Program-made: the position numbers and the translations under genes
Part shown: positions 25,135 through 34,210 of the stretch, in pieces
Layout of the letters: the number at the start of each line of letters is the position of its first letter
Numbering within the stretch: the stretch's first letter is position 1
The notes under the pieces: generated by a model
The model's input: only the letters and a program-made list of their open reading frames with translations
The model's database searches: none
Told to the model about the DNA's origin: nothing
Origin: Candidatus Calditenuaceae archaeon JGI OTU-1
Lineage (GTDB): Archaea; Thermoproteota; Nitrososphaeria_A; Caldarchaeales; Calditenuaceae
Assembly (NCBI GenBank): GCA_000494145.1
Contig: AWOE01000005.1
Coordinates: forward strand, 1,582 to 56,686
Length of the DNA stretch: 55,105 nt
Direction of reading: 5' to 3'

Positions 25135-26517
25135 TTAAGCCTTTCTCCTCCTGCTCCGCCCTCTGCCGGTCCTTCGGGCCCTCAGGGCGACCAGTACGAG
25201 CGCACCTACGAGGACTAGGAAGAACAGCAGCTCCACCGACATGAGGAGGAGCTGTTGGATGTCGGGAGCGCTCTGCGCGGGGGATATGTCCGTCGTTGCG
25301 GTGACCGTCAAGGCGGTGGCAGTTCGGATCTCACCGTCACCGACCTCGACCTCGAAGGCCCTGCTTTCGGCGCCGTGTCCCTCCTCGTCCCTCGCGACGA
25401 CCTTCAGGGTCAATCTGCCGCTGAAGGCGCTCAGGTCCACATCGGCCGAGTACCTGTCCCCGGACACACCCCTCATCGGGACGATGATCCTGTTCCCTCT
25501 GCCGTCGTCGACTACCACCTGCGGTTGACCGGGTTCGATGTCCCTGTCCGCATCGACAACCACCGCCTCGACCCTGACGGTCGATCTACCAGCAACCGAG
25601 AATTTCGCCTCCCTTATCTCCGGCACGAACGTCAAATCGTAGAGCAGGAGCTTCGATGCCGATGGGTCGAGCATGAAAAGCTTCGACGGAGCTGGTGATG
25701 TAATGAGGGTTGCGAACTCCTCCACGACCCGATATTCAACCAAGTCCTCGCCGATGATCCCGACGACCTTAGAGATCTCATCGACGAAAACCACCCTTCC
25801 AGCCTTAGCAGGAAACAGTCTGGTCAGCTCGGAGACCGAATATGGCAGTTTGAGGTCCTTCAGTGAGCCGTCAGCTCGAACGATTCCGATGTAGCCCCTA
25901 GATGAGATGGCAGCCCTGTCCTCAGAAATCGCTAGAACTGATGTTATCTTGTCGTCGTGTTTGTAAACCATTTTGTTCTCGCCGCTCTCTATGTCAAGGA
26001 CGTTCAGCGTTTTCAGGTCGTCCCCGACGTACCAGAAGGACTTGCCGAAAGCGCTTCCCGACCAGGGGGAACCTGCGTACCCGGTCCGAAAAGATCTGAC
26101 GACCTCGTTCTCCGGCCCTATGACTATGATCCTCTGTCCGTCGTGGACGACGAACCCGTCCTCGTAGGCCCATGCGGCCTCGACCCGCATCTCGAATTCG
26201 TTCAGAACCTTCCGCGACACCAGGTCTATCACAACAGCCCTCCGCTGGATCCTCGAGTAGGCGAGGCACCGGTAGCCGGACACGACAACGTCTTCAGGCT
26301 GGAAGCCGAGTTCGATCCTCCAGAGGGATCCTGTCCCGATCTCGTACATGGTCACGGAACGCTCGGCGGGCAAAGCGAGAATCAACGCGTCCGTTCCCGG
26401 CGACGAGATCGACGAAGGGTATGTCCCGAGAGGCGGGTAAGCGAGCTGCTGGGGGTAGATGATTATCGTGGACAGCACCATTAACATCGCCAACGTCGCA
26501 TGGCTCACCATATGCAT
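25135..26517 (-). CDS. hypothetical surface protein (signal/anchor helix, beta-rich ectodomain, Ig-like module, C-terminal TM + Arg-rich tail)
   Basis: 461 aa from ATG 26517 (MHMVSHATLAMLMVLSTIIIY). C-terminal LLLMSVELLFFLVLVGALVLVALRARRTGRGRSRRRKA. No recognisable catalytic motif. The first 47 codons of the ORF-track form look non-coding. Confidence 0.55.
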   Translation of the reverse strand: MHMVSHATLAMLMVLSTIIIYPQQLAYPPLGTYPSSISSPGTDALILALPAERSVTMYEIGTGSLWRIELGFQPEDVVVSGYRCLAYSRIQRRAVVIDLVSRKVLNEFEMRVEAAWAYEDGFVVHDGQRIIVIGPENEVVRSFRTGYAGSPWSGSAFGKSFWYVGDDLKTLNVLDIESGENKMVYKHDDKITSVLAISEDRAAISSRGYIGIVRADGSLKDLKLPYSVSELTRLFPAKAGRVVFVDEISKVVGIIGEDLVEYRVVEEFATLITSPAPSKLFMLDPSASKLLLYDLTFVPEIREAKFSVAGRSTVRVEAVVVDADRDIEPGQPQVVVDDGRGNRIIVPMRGVSGDRYSADVDLSAFSGRLTLKVVARDEEGHGAESRAFEVEVGDGEIRTATALTVTATTDISPAQSAPDIQQLLLMSVELLFFLVLVGALVLVALRARRTGRGRSRRRKA

Positions 26518-26598
26518 CCTGAAGACGTATCGCACCAGAGTGAATGATAAGCGTGTTCTGCTTGCTTCTCCAGAATCGGCGTAGATACAAATACACCT

Positions 26599-27120
26599 GT
26601 GCCGACCTTTACACCTGGTTTGTCGTCCGGAAACAATCTCCGGGTCACCGTCAGGCACGGTGATTTGGAGCTGACTTTTGAGGGCGATGTGGCATCGGTC
26701 ATCAGGTCATTTCATGAGTTCGTTGAGAGGGTCGTGCCGGCATACTCACTGGCTAAGAGCCTTCTCGCCAATGTGACCCTCCATGGGCTGCTGAATTCTG
26801 TAAAGGATTACATAGTATACGACGACTCGCTGGGGTTTGTCTTCAAGCCGACTGCTCATGGTCTCCCAGCACCCGATCAGGTCCTGCTGTTTTTGGCGCT
26901 GAGGAAGGCGGAGCACCTCATGGGGAAGAGGAGCTCGAGCCTGACGAATCTGAGGGAGCTCTCCGAGGGTCTGGGGCTGAAGAGGGGCACGCTGACAGGG
27001 GCTTTAAGCGAGCTGAGGAAGGCCGGGCTCGTCAGACGGCTCGAGAGGGGGGATTACGAGGTCACTCAGATGGGGCTCCAGTACCTCGTTGAGCGGTTCT
27101 CTCCTCGGCAGTCAGGGTGA
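26599..27120 (+). CDS. hypothetical protein, N-terminal beta-hairpin/helix module + C-terminal winged HTH (paralog 1)
   Basis: 173 aa. LRVTVRHGDLELTFEGDVASVIRSFHEFVERV, then the wHTH LRELSEGLGLKRGTLTGALSELRKAGLVRRLERGDYEVT. The start is more likely TTG 26620, about 26 nt downstream of the TATA-like GATACAAATA (26584-26593). Confidence 0.55.
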   Translation: MPTFTPGLSSGNNLRVTVRHGDLELTFEGDVASVIRSFHEFVERVVPAYSLAKSLLANVTLHGLLNSVKDYIVYDDSLGFVFKPTAHGLPAPDQVLLFLALRKAEHLMGKRSSSLTNLRELSEGLGLKRGTLTGALSELRKAGLVRRLERGDYEVTQMGLQYLVERFSPRQSG

Positions 27121-27544
27121 TTCCCTCGGGGAACTGTTTGGCCAGCTCGCCCACCGACCCGCGTCTCCTCTCGACGTACTGGTACCTCCTCGGAGAGCCC
27201 TCTCGGTCTAGGACCTCCTCCCGCACCAACTCCAGCAGGACGTGGGCGACGGCCGTCACGTCGAAGCTGTAGCCGCGCCTCTTCACCTCTTGGTATACCT
27301 CCGAAAGGGACTTGGGTTCCCTGAAGAAACCCTCTGAGACTAAGCGCTCGACGACCTGCCTGCAGGTGAGCTGCCTCTTCGCCTCTTGGACGGGCCTCTC
27401 CTCCTTCTCCCTCCCCTCAGCCAGCGCGGAAATCACCCTCCTGACGCTCTCCTCCAGCTGATCGACCGGTGCCTCTATCTCGACTTCGACGCCGCCGACG
27501 TTCAGCCTGACCTTGACCCTATTTGGTGAATTATCCTGATTCAT
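27062..27544 (-). CDS. hypothetical protein, N-terminal beta-hairpin/helix module + C-terminal winged HTH (paralog 2)
   Basis: 160 aa from ATG 27544 (MNQDNSPNRVKVRLNVGGVEVEIEAPVDQLEESVRRVISAL), then a wHTH-like region VVERLVSEGFFREPKSLSEVYQEVKRRGYSFDVTAVAHVLLELVREEVLDRE. The AT-rich box lies about 19-21 nt upstream of the ATG. Confidence 0.55.
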   Translation of the reverse strand: MNQDNSPNRVKVRLNVGGVEVEIEAPVDQLEESVRRVISALAEGREKEERPVQEAKRQLTCRQVVERLVSEGFFREPKSLSEVYQEVKRRGYSFDVTAVAHVLLELVREEVLDREGSPRRYQYVERRRGSVGELAKQFPEGITLTAEERTAQRGTGAPSE

Positions 27545-27563
27545 GTTGATCAACCTGCGCAAC

Positions 27564-27571
27564 ATTAAATA
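27564..27571. promoter_or_regulatory. single AT-rich TATA-like element (ATTAAATA) in the 62-bp divergent region between the wHTH paralog 2 gene and nurA
   Basis: 19-21 nt from ATG 27544 on the minus strand (leaderless geometry) and 35 nt from ATG 27607 on the plus strand. Confidence 0.5.
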
Positions 27572-27606
27572 GCCGCCAATTCCCAATATCGGCAGGTGCG
27601 CCGGCG

Positions 27607-28551
27607 ATGGGCGTCAAGCTGGCCGACCTCAACACCCTTGAAAACGGGTGGCTCTTATTTAACAGTATTGCAGAAAGCTGGGTCAAAGAGCTCCTGAGGC
27701 TCCGAACAGAGGAGAACGGCGGTTTCTTGCTGAACAGTTTCGCCAACGATCAATTGGTGGAGGACGACATAGTTCTGCTCGGACAAGTTGAACAGGATGG
27801 GTTCAAGGAGCTGTCGGCGATTCTCCCCGGGACCAAGAGGAGGGTCGTGGCTGTCGACGGCTCGGTCGTCCAGCTCGGGTTCGTTGGAGGCAGGGCGCTC
27901 CTCTCTCTGAAGGCAGCGATCGTCGAGCGGGAAGGCCGATCGTTGAGGGTCAAGGTCGTGGGGCCGCTGCCGAAGCTGGCATGGATCGACGAGAACGCGC
28001 CATCGTCCGATACGGTCGCGCTCCTCGAGCTCAGGCGTTTCGAGGCGATGATCCAGAGGCTGGTGGCGAGGACGGCAGGCGATGCGTTGCTGTTGTTCGA
28101 CATGCCGCTGACGAGGATGGCAGACCTTACGATTTCGGGCGATGGTACAACTGTTGTCGGCATCGCGAAGAACAGCGTCCTCGCGACCCACCTCGGCCGA
28201 TCGCTGGCGAGATCCGGCTCTCTGGCTCTCCTCGCGAGGAGGTTGCCACAGGACCCAATCGTCGGGGCGGAGATCTCGGTGACCGTGGTGCGACTTGCTC
28301 CCAACGGTCTGGCGTTCAGGGCCGACGTGATGCCCGCCGACCGGTGGGTCGAGTCGTTGTCAGACCTGGCCGCGAGCGATGCGCTGATCTCAGGTTACCC
28401 CGAGACCTTGGCGATGGCCCATGCCTTCTCGAGGCACAGCTGGATCGAGGTAGTTGCGTCGAAGGCCGTCCTGGAGAAGAGGCTGGGACTGAAGTTGGTT
28501 GACGAGCTGGACGTGAGGGGAGCGGTTCTTCTGCCCTTCGATGGGAGATGA
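27607..28551 (+). CDS. nurA: NurA-family nuclease
   Basis: 314 aa. RVVAVDGSVV (motif I Asp), ELRRFEAMI (conserved Glu region), ALLLFDMPL (motif III Asp). ATGA overlap with the herA-like gene downstream. Confidence 0.65.
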   Translation: MGVKLADLNTLENGWLLFNSIAESWVKELLRLRTEENGGFLLNSFANDQLVEDDIVLLGQVEQDGFKELSAILPGTKRRVVAVDGSVVQLGFVGGRALLSLKAAIVEREGRSLRVKVVGPLPKLAWIDENAPSSDTVALLELRRFEAMIQRLVARTAGDALLLFDMPLTRMADLTISGDGTTVVGIAKNSVLATHLGRSLARSGSLALLARRLPQDPIVGAEISVTVVRLAPNGLAFRADVMPADRWVESLSDLAASDALISGYPETLAMAHAFSRHSWIEVVASKAVLEKRLGLKLVDELDVRGAVLLPFDGR

Positions 28552-29987
28552 AGGTCTTCAGGAAGTCGGGCGACAAGGTCGAGCTCCTGGCGCTCTCCTG
28601 GGACGCGAGCCTCCGCCTTGGCGACTACCTGGTCGCGGAGGAGGACGGCCGGAGGATTCTGCTCCAGGTGATAGACGTGGAGTACGCCGATGTCCCTGGG
28701 CTGATGGAGGACATTTTGAGGGACCTTTCTGGCAGCGCGTTCGAGGAGGTGGAGAGGCTCGACCCGATGGACGTCTTATCCGTCATTAGGTCCATCAGGG
28801 ACTCGAGGGTTGTCGTGGCGAAGGTCCGGAAGGTCAACAACGCCGAACCCGACGTCCTCTGGCTCCCTTCGAGGTACACTTCCAAGGTCAGGAGGGTGGA
28901 GGTGGCCGAGCTGCTCAGGGAGGTCGTTCCAGTTCCGAAGGTGCCGGTGAAGCTGGGAGAAGGTGTTGTTGTCGACGTGATGAACGTGGAGGGGAGTGTC
29001 ACCTTGATCGTCGGAAGAAAGGAGTCGGGCAAGTCGCACCTCTCGAAGGTCCTCGCGTCTGGCCTCGCAAGGGCGGGGTGCAACGTGGTGGTCCTCGACG
29101 TTAACGGCGAGTACGTCTCCCTCGGAAGGCGGAGGAACGGTGAGCGGAGCGAGGTCTCCGAGCTCATGAAAGTCCTGACGCCCGGGCTGAACTATCAGGT
29201 CCAACTGGCCTCGCTATCGGATGAGGTCCTCGCGGACGTGATGACCTATGCTCTAGGCCTTCCCCAGACGAGCATGAGGGAGCTCCTGAAGCTCTTCAGG
29301 GACCTGCGCAGGAGGAGCGTCCTGAACTTCGCGAACCTCCTCAGGGCCGTCCAATCGGTCCCCATGAACGAGTCGGTCCGAGAGGCGCTGGCTAACAGGT
29401 TGCTGACCCTCGAGTCGACCGGCCTCTTCACCGACGACCATCATGAGGCCGAGGGCGACCAGCTGGAGACGCTCTTCCCGCCGGACAGGGGAGTGCTTGT
29501 CGTCTTCGACATCAGCAAGCTCAGCGCACTCCAGCGGAGGGTCTTCGTCGAGTACCTCCTGAGCAGGTTGAAGGAGCTTCTTCTCAACGACGAGATAGAC
29601 CCGGTTGTCCTCTTCGCGGAGGAGGCACACCTCTACCTCAGGGAGACCTATTGGGAGGACGTGATCACCAGGATGAGGCACATAGGCATCTCGACGGTCT
29701 TGATCACGAACCAGCCAGACTCGATACCTGCACTGATCTACCGTCAGGCCGACAACGTCTTCATGTTCAACATGCGGAACGGCTCTGACATCGACCATCT
29801 GGCGCGGAACCTCGAGATCGATACGGAGACGCTGAGGTCGATGCTGCCTAATCTGCCACAGGGAACGGTGCTGGCATGGGGGAAGGTCGTCGGCAGGTTA
29901 CCAGTGGTCTTCAAGGTGATTGATCCTTACCTGATGACGTTGGGGCGTACGAGGACGAAGCTCGGCAGGATGGTCCAGCACGGCTGA
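28548..29987 (+). CDS. herA: HerA-family hexameric ATPase/helicase (HAS barrel + RecA-like core)
   Basis: 479 aa. N-terminal barrel LRLGDYLVAEEDGRRILLQVIDVEY, Walker A GRKESGKSH, Walker B VVLFAEEAH, and a later ITNQPDSIP ... NVFMFNM segment. Confidence 0.8.
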   Translation: MKVFRKSGDKVELLALSWDASLRLGDYLVAEEDGRRILLQVIDVEYADVPGLMEDILRDLSGSAFEEVERLDPMDVLSVIRSIRDSRVVVAKVRKVNNAEPDVLWLPSRYTSKVRRVEVAELLREVVPVPKVPVKLGEGVVVDVMNVEGSVTLIVGRKESGKSHLSKVLASGLARAGCNVVVLDVNGEYVSLGRRRNGERSEVSELMKVLTPGLNYQVQLASLSDEVLADVMTYALGLPQTSMRELLKLFRDLRRRSVLNFANLLRAVQSVPMNESVREALANRLLTLESTGLFTDDHHEAEGDQLETLFPPDRGVLVVFDISKLSALQRRVFVEYLLSRLKELLLNDEIDPVVLFAEEAHLYLRETYWEDVITRMRHIGISTVLITNQPDSIPALIYRQADNVFMFNMRNGSDIDHLARNLEIDTETLRSMLPNLPQGTVLAWGKVVGRLPVVFKVIDPYLMTLGRTRTKLGRMVQHG

Positions 29988-30041
29988 GGTCTGGCTCTCA
30001 TCACTTTATGCAGGCCGTCGCTCTTTGTTGCGGATGGATCC

Positions 30042-30665
30042 ATGGAGCTGATGAGAGCGTATGAGGAGGTCCGGGAGCTCATCGAGCGGAGGTTGGCCGA
30101 GTTCAGGTCGGTAGACCGCAGGGACGCCGTGAGGCTCTTCGAGGAGCTCGCGTTCTGCGTGATGACGCCGCAGTCCAGAGCGAGGGCAGCGGTGAGGGCC
30201 GTGGAGGAGCTCAAGTCGAGAGGACTCCTCCTCGGAGGCGGGCCGGAGGAGGTCGCAGAGGTCCTGAGGAGGAACGGCATAAGGTTTCACAACCAGAAGG
30301 CGAAATACGTCGTGAAGAACAGGGAGCTGGTGCGAGGCGATAAGCCGAGGCTGATAGAGCTGCTCGGAGAGGACGTCCATCGGGTGAGGGAGGTGCTGGT
30401 CGAGGTGGTATGGGGCTTCGGTCTGAAGGAGGCCTCGCACTTCATGAGGAACATCGGTTACAGTGGGCTGGCGGTGCTCGACAGGCACGTCCTCAGGTGG
30501 ATGAAGGCCCTCGGCGCCATCGAGGAGGTTCCGGGGACGTTGACCCGCAGGAGGTACCTCGAGCTCGAGCGGAGGTTCATCCGGCTCTCGGAGGAGCTGG
30601 GGTTGGCGCCGGAGGCCCTCGACCTTCTCCTCTGGTACGCCTCGACGGGTGAGGTGCTGAAGTGA
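30042..30665 (+). CDS. ogg: 8-oxoguanine DNA glycosylase/AP lyase, archaeal Ogg2-type (HhH-GPD)
   Basis: 207 aa. ELAFCVMTPQSRA, then the HhH plus catalytic Lys/Asp context VWGFGLKEASHFMRNIGY ... AVLDRHVLRW. Confidence 0.7.
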   Translation: MELMRAYEEVRELIERRLAEFRSVDRRDAVRLFEELAFCVMTPQSRARAAVRAVEELKSRGLLLGGGPEEVAEVLRRNGIRFHNQKAKYVVKNRELVRGDKPRLIELLGEDVHRVREVLVEVVWGFGLKEASHFMRNIGYSGLAVLDRHVLRWMKALGAIEEVPGTLTRRRYLELERRFIRLSEELGLAPEALDLLLWYASTGEVLK

Positions 30666-31609
30666 GCCGACCACCGCTCTCGGAGGACCTGCTCAGACTT
30701 CTGAGGGAGCTGCCGGACATGGACGAGGAGCTTTACATCGAGTCGATGACGAGACCCCTTCCGGAGACCTTCAGGGTCAACACGCTGAAGCTTCCCGAGG
30801 AGACGATAATCGGCTTCCTGGCGGAAAGGGGGTGGGAGGTGGAGAAGCTTCCTTGGGCGAGGCACGGATACAGGGTCGTCAGGTGCGAGCGCGAGGACCC
30901 AGGAGCGACGTTGCCCCACCTCCTGGGGCTGATCTACATCCAGGGGCCGATGTCGATGGTCCCGGTGGAGGCACTCGACCCCAGACCGGGTGAGAAGGTG
31001 CTGGACCTCTGCGCGGCTCCAGGGAGCAAGTCGACCCAGATAGCGCAGCTGATGGAGAACATAGGCGTCCTGGTTGCCAACGACGCATCCTCGGAGAGGA
31101 TCAAGCCTCTCATCTCGAACCTCCAGAGATGGGGAGCGATGAACTGTGTTGTGACGCTGAAGGACGGCCGTTACTTCGGGAAAAGGATGAGGGAGACCTT
31201 CGACAGGGTTTTGTGCGACGTTCCGTGCAGCTCGCTCGGGATCGTGATGAAGGACTGGGCCGCGGCCAGAGACTACTCATCCGGAATGACCGAGAGGGTG
31301 AGGGCCCTACAGCTCTCGCTCCTCCTCTCGGCCTACGACGCGTCCGTGCCCGGAGGCAGGATCGTCTACTCTACCTGCACGATCCATCCGCTCGAGAACG
31401 AGTGGGTGGTGACCGAGCTGCTGAGGAGGAGGGACGACGCGATGGTCCTCAGGTTCGAGCCAGAGGGGCTGAGGACGAGGAGACCGCTGGAGGAGTGGAG
31501 AGGGATGAGGTTCGATCCCGAGGTGACCAAGTGCTTCAAATGTTATCCCTACGACAACGCAGCCGAGGGCTTCTTCGTGGCCCTGATAAGGAAGGGTGAG
31601 GGCAGGTGA
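30662..31609 (+). CDS. NOL1/NOP2/Sun-family RNA cytosine-C5 methyltransferase
   Basis: 315 aa. GLIYIQGPMSMVP, SAM motif VLDLCAAPGSKSTQ, catalytic Cys contexts RVLCDVPCSSLG and YSTCT. GTGA overlap with ogg. Confidence 0.8.
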   Translation: MSRPPLSEDLLRLLRELPDMDEELYIESMTRPLPETFRVNTLKLPEETIIGFLAERGWEVEKLPWARHGYRVVRCEREDPGATLPHLLGLIYIQGPMSMVPVEALDPRPGEKVLDLCAAPGSKSTQIAQLMENIGVLVANDASSERIKPLISNLQRWGAMNCVVTLKDGRYFGKRMRETFDRVLCDVPCSSLGIVMKDWAAARDYSSGMTERVRALQLSLLLSAYDASVPGGRIVYSTCTIHPLENEWVVTELLRRRDDAMVLRFEPEGLRTRRPLEEWRGMRFDPEVTKCFKCYPYDNAAEGFFVALIRKGEGR

Positions 31610-32067
31610 GGGTCCTCGACAGGTCGGAGAGGAAGGCGCTGCTCGAGGAGCTTGAGAAGGCCTTCGGTCTCGAGGAGCTGCCGCAGGACCTCGTGTTCTT
31701 CGAGGGCTCCGAGGGGAAGGTCAGGGCCTCGACGAGGGAGGCCTACGAGATGGCTCAGCGGATCGCTAGGGTGGAGTCTTTAGGGCTCTACGTCCTGAAG
31801 CGGACCAAGTTCGGCACCTACCTCTCGGTCGAGGGCTCCCAGCTCTTCGGCGAGAAGCTCAGGAGGAACGTCGTCGAGCTGACCGCCGAGCAGCTAGAGC
31901 GCTGGGCCTCAGGTGAACCCCTTGACGTCTCCGAGCTAAGCCTCAGGCCCGAGGGCGACTTCGTCGTGGTCAGGTACGGCCCTGTCTTCGCGGGCAGCGG
32001 GAAGGTCTCGAGGGACGGCAAGGTCCACCCGCAGATACCGAAGGAGAGGAGGGTTCCCGTTGAGTGA
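31606..32067 (+). CDS. PUA-domain protein, Nip7-like (UPF0113)
   Basis: 153 aa, translationally coupled (GTGA) to the m5C methyltransferase. The C-terminal PUA-like segment is FVVVRYGPVFAGSGKVSRDGKV. Assignment rests on architecture and context only. Confidence 0.45.
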   Translation: MRVLDRSERKALLEELEKAFGLEELPQDLVFFEGSEGKVRASTREAYEMAQRIARVESLGLYVLKRTKFGTYLSVEGSQLFGEKLRRNVVELTAEQLERWASGEPLDVSELSLRPEGDFVVVRYGPVFAGSGKVSRDGKVHPQIPKERRVPVE

Positions 32068-32078
32068 GCGCACCCGGC

Positions 32079-32501
32079 TCAGAGCCTTCTCAGGCGGTCG
32101 AGCAGGAGGACGAGGCCGATGACGAGGATCGTGGCACCAGCGGCGACCCGAAGCGCGCTGTCCGGTGTCCGAATCAGGATAGGTGAGAAGTCGAACCCCA
32201 CGACCCCGAGGAGCGGTGAAATGAGGGCGGAACCCAACAGGACGAGCAATACGCCGACGGCGACGGGCCCGACGGCACGTAGGTCGATCTCCGGTGTGAG
32301 GTAGGATTTCCCTCCGGGCTTGGGGATCAGGAGGACTCCGAGGGCGTAGAGCACCACCATGACGCCCGGCGCGACGATCAGGAGGACGACACCTACGAGC
32401 CTGAGGATGTTCGGGTCGACATTGAGGTACTCGCCGAGCCCGCCGAAGAGGCCAGCGATAACGCGGTTCCTCTCGGACCTCTCCAGCCTCTTGGCCGACA
32501 T
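32079..32501 (-). CDS. PspC-domain membrane protein
   Basis: 140 aa. RLERSERNRVIAGLFGGLGEYLNVDPNILRLVGVVLLI is the PspC signature, followed by additional TM helices. Confidence 0.7.
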   Translation of the reverse strand: MSAKRLERSERNRVIAGLFGGLGEYLNVDPNILRLVGVVLLIVAPGVMVVLYALGVLLIPKPGGKSYLTPEIDLRAVGPVAVGVLLVLLGSALISPLLGVVGFDFSPILIRTPDSALRVAAGATILVIGLVLLLDRLRRL

Positions 32502-32567
32502 TCACTACCAAGTCTCGGCGTCACACTATTACTTTTCTCCGGGTTGAGATAGAGCTGTGATGGACGG

Positions 32568-33308
32568 TTGTCCGATCGGGTGAGCGGCGGGGACTCCGAG
32601 GATCCAATTAGGGAGGTGAGGCGTCGGCTCGGGGCGGAGATCTTGGCGAGGTTGAGGGGCGTGCACAGGCTGAACGTCGAGGAGTTCGTCTCGAGCTACG
32701 TCAGCACGACCACAGGCTCGCCCTTCAGGGTCCTCGTGGCGACGGTCCTCTCGCAGAACTCGACCGACAGGGCCGCGATGAAGGCCTACGTCGAGCTCGA
32801 CCGGAGGATCGGCGTCGTCGCGGAGAAGCTGGCTGAAGCGGACGTAAGGAGGATAGCGAGGGCCATCAAGGTCGCAGGCCTCTCGGAACAGAAGGCCAGG
32901 ACGATCAGGAGGCTGGCAACCCTGTCGCTGAAGCTGAGAGACCCGGAGCTGAGGGGCCTTCTCGCGAAAGGGCCTGAGGCTGTGAGGGAGACCCTTCTGG
33001 AGGTGAAAGGGATTGGACCGAAGACGGTCGACGTCCTCCTCTCAAGCACCGGGTCGCTCGACACGATTCCAGTTGACACCCACGTCAGGCGCGTCTCGGA
33101 GAGATTGGGCCTCGTCGAAGAGGGGTCCAGCTACGAGGAGGTGAGGTCGAGGCTCGAGGAGGTCTTTCCGGAGGGCTCGCGCTATGAGGCCCATCTGCTG
33201 TTGATAGCCCACGGTAGGTCCGTCTGCAGGAGCAGGAGGCCCCTCTGCGAGTCCTGCGTCCTCTCGGACCTGTGCGATTTTTACCGTAGCTCGAGGCGCG
33301 GAATGTGA
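32568..33308 (+). CDS. nth: endonuclease III (Nth), HhH-GPD with 4Fe-4S loop
   Basis: LVATVLSQNSTD, HhH LLEVKGIGPKTVDVLL, VDTHVRRV, and the cluster loop CRSRRPLCESCVLSDLC (C-X6-C-X2-C-X5-C). Confidence 0.88.
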   Translation: MSDRVSGGDSEDPIREVRRRLGAEILARLRGVHRLNVEEFVSSYVSTTTGSPFRVLVATVLSQNSTDRAAMKAYVELDRRIGVVAEKLAEADVRRIARAIKVAGLSEQKARTIRRLATLSLKLRDPELRGLLAKGPEAVRETLLEVKGIGPKTVDVLLSSTGSLDTIPVDTHVRRVSERLGLVEEGSSYEEVRSRLEEVFPEGSRYEAHLLLIAHGRSVCRSRRPLCESCVLSDLCDFYRSSRRGM

Positions 33309-34210
33309 TGAGGTTGGGATCGCTGGCAGTTCTGCTGGACCCGAAGAGGCTCTCGTCGGAGCTCGAGCGGGGCGTCAAGATGAAGCGGGCCTTCCTAGTC
33401 TTCGGCGTCACATCGGCCACAGCCACACTATCCTACGTTTTCTCCTTGACCGTGAGCACCAAATGGATCAACCCCTTCGAAGGCGTGCTCGAGGGCGTCT
33501 ACTTCCCCTTCACCTCGGCGAGGGACGTGGCCCTCGCAGGGCTCGGTTACGTGGTGATGGGGATCGTCGTGACGATGTTCGTCCTTGCCGTGGTGATCTA
33601 CGTCTCGGGGCCCTCGAGGGGTTTCTCGGGGGAGCTGGTGAGCGCGGTCCTCCACGGGTCCTTCGCGATCGCCGTCGCCTCCGCTCTACTCCTCGCGTAC
33701 AGCGCCTCGATGCCCGCCAGGGAGGAATACGTGATCCGGTTCGAGCTAAGGGGGCTGAAGCTCGAGAACGTTACGTTCGCGCTCCTCCAGCAGGGCAACC
33801 TCACCGTCGAGGGTGAGGCCCTGATACTCAGGGCCGAGCGGGTGGTGGCGGAGGTGAGAGGTAACGACGGCGAGACGCTCGGCGAGTCGCTGAGGTCCGG
33901 CAGCTTCAGGACCGTGGTGAGGCTCTTCGACGTGGGCATCAGGAGGGGACACGAGGTAACAGCGATAGGCGACGCGGAGCTCATCAGCGCCGAGTACGAT
34001 CTCATCACTTACGACTCCATGGTCTCCTACAGCATCCACCCGCCGGTGACGAGGGACCCGCTCTCGGCCGCCGTCTCCACAGCCTCATGGACCTGGACGG
34101 TCGCCTACTCGGTCTGGACGATGAAGAGGTTGACGAGGGCGAGCAACCTCTGGGCGGCCTCTGCCACGGTCGTCACGCTCGTCGCGCTGCTGGTCCTCGG
34201 GATCTTGTAA
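33305..34210 (+). CDS. hypothetical membrane protein (several TM helices flanking a ~100-aa soluble insert)
   Basis: 301 aa. Hydrophobic segments at roughly aa 28-50, 75-100, 110-135 and 275-300. No recognisable motif. GTGA overlap with nth. Confidence 0.5.
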   Translation: MMRLGSLAVLLDPKRLSSELERGVKMKRAFLVFGVTSATATLSYVFSLTVSTKWINPFEGVLEGVYFPFTSARDVALAGLGYVVMGIVVTMFVLAVVIYVSGPSRGFSGELVSAVLHGSFAIAVASALLLAYSASMPAREEYVIRFELRGLKLENVTFALLQQGNLTVEGEALILRAERVVAEVRGNDGETLGESLRSGSFRTVVRLFDVGIRRGHEVTAIGDAELISAEYDLITYDSMVSYSIHPPVTRDPLSAAVSTASWTWTVAYSVWTMKRLTRASNLWAASATVVTLVALLVLGIL

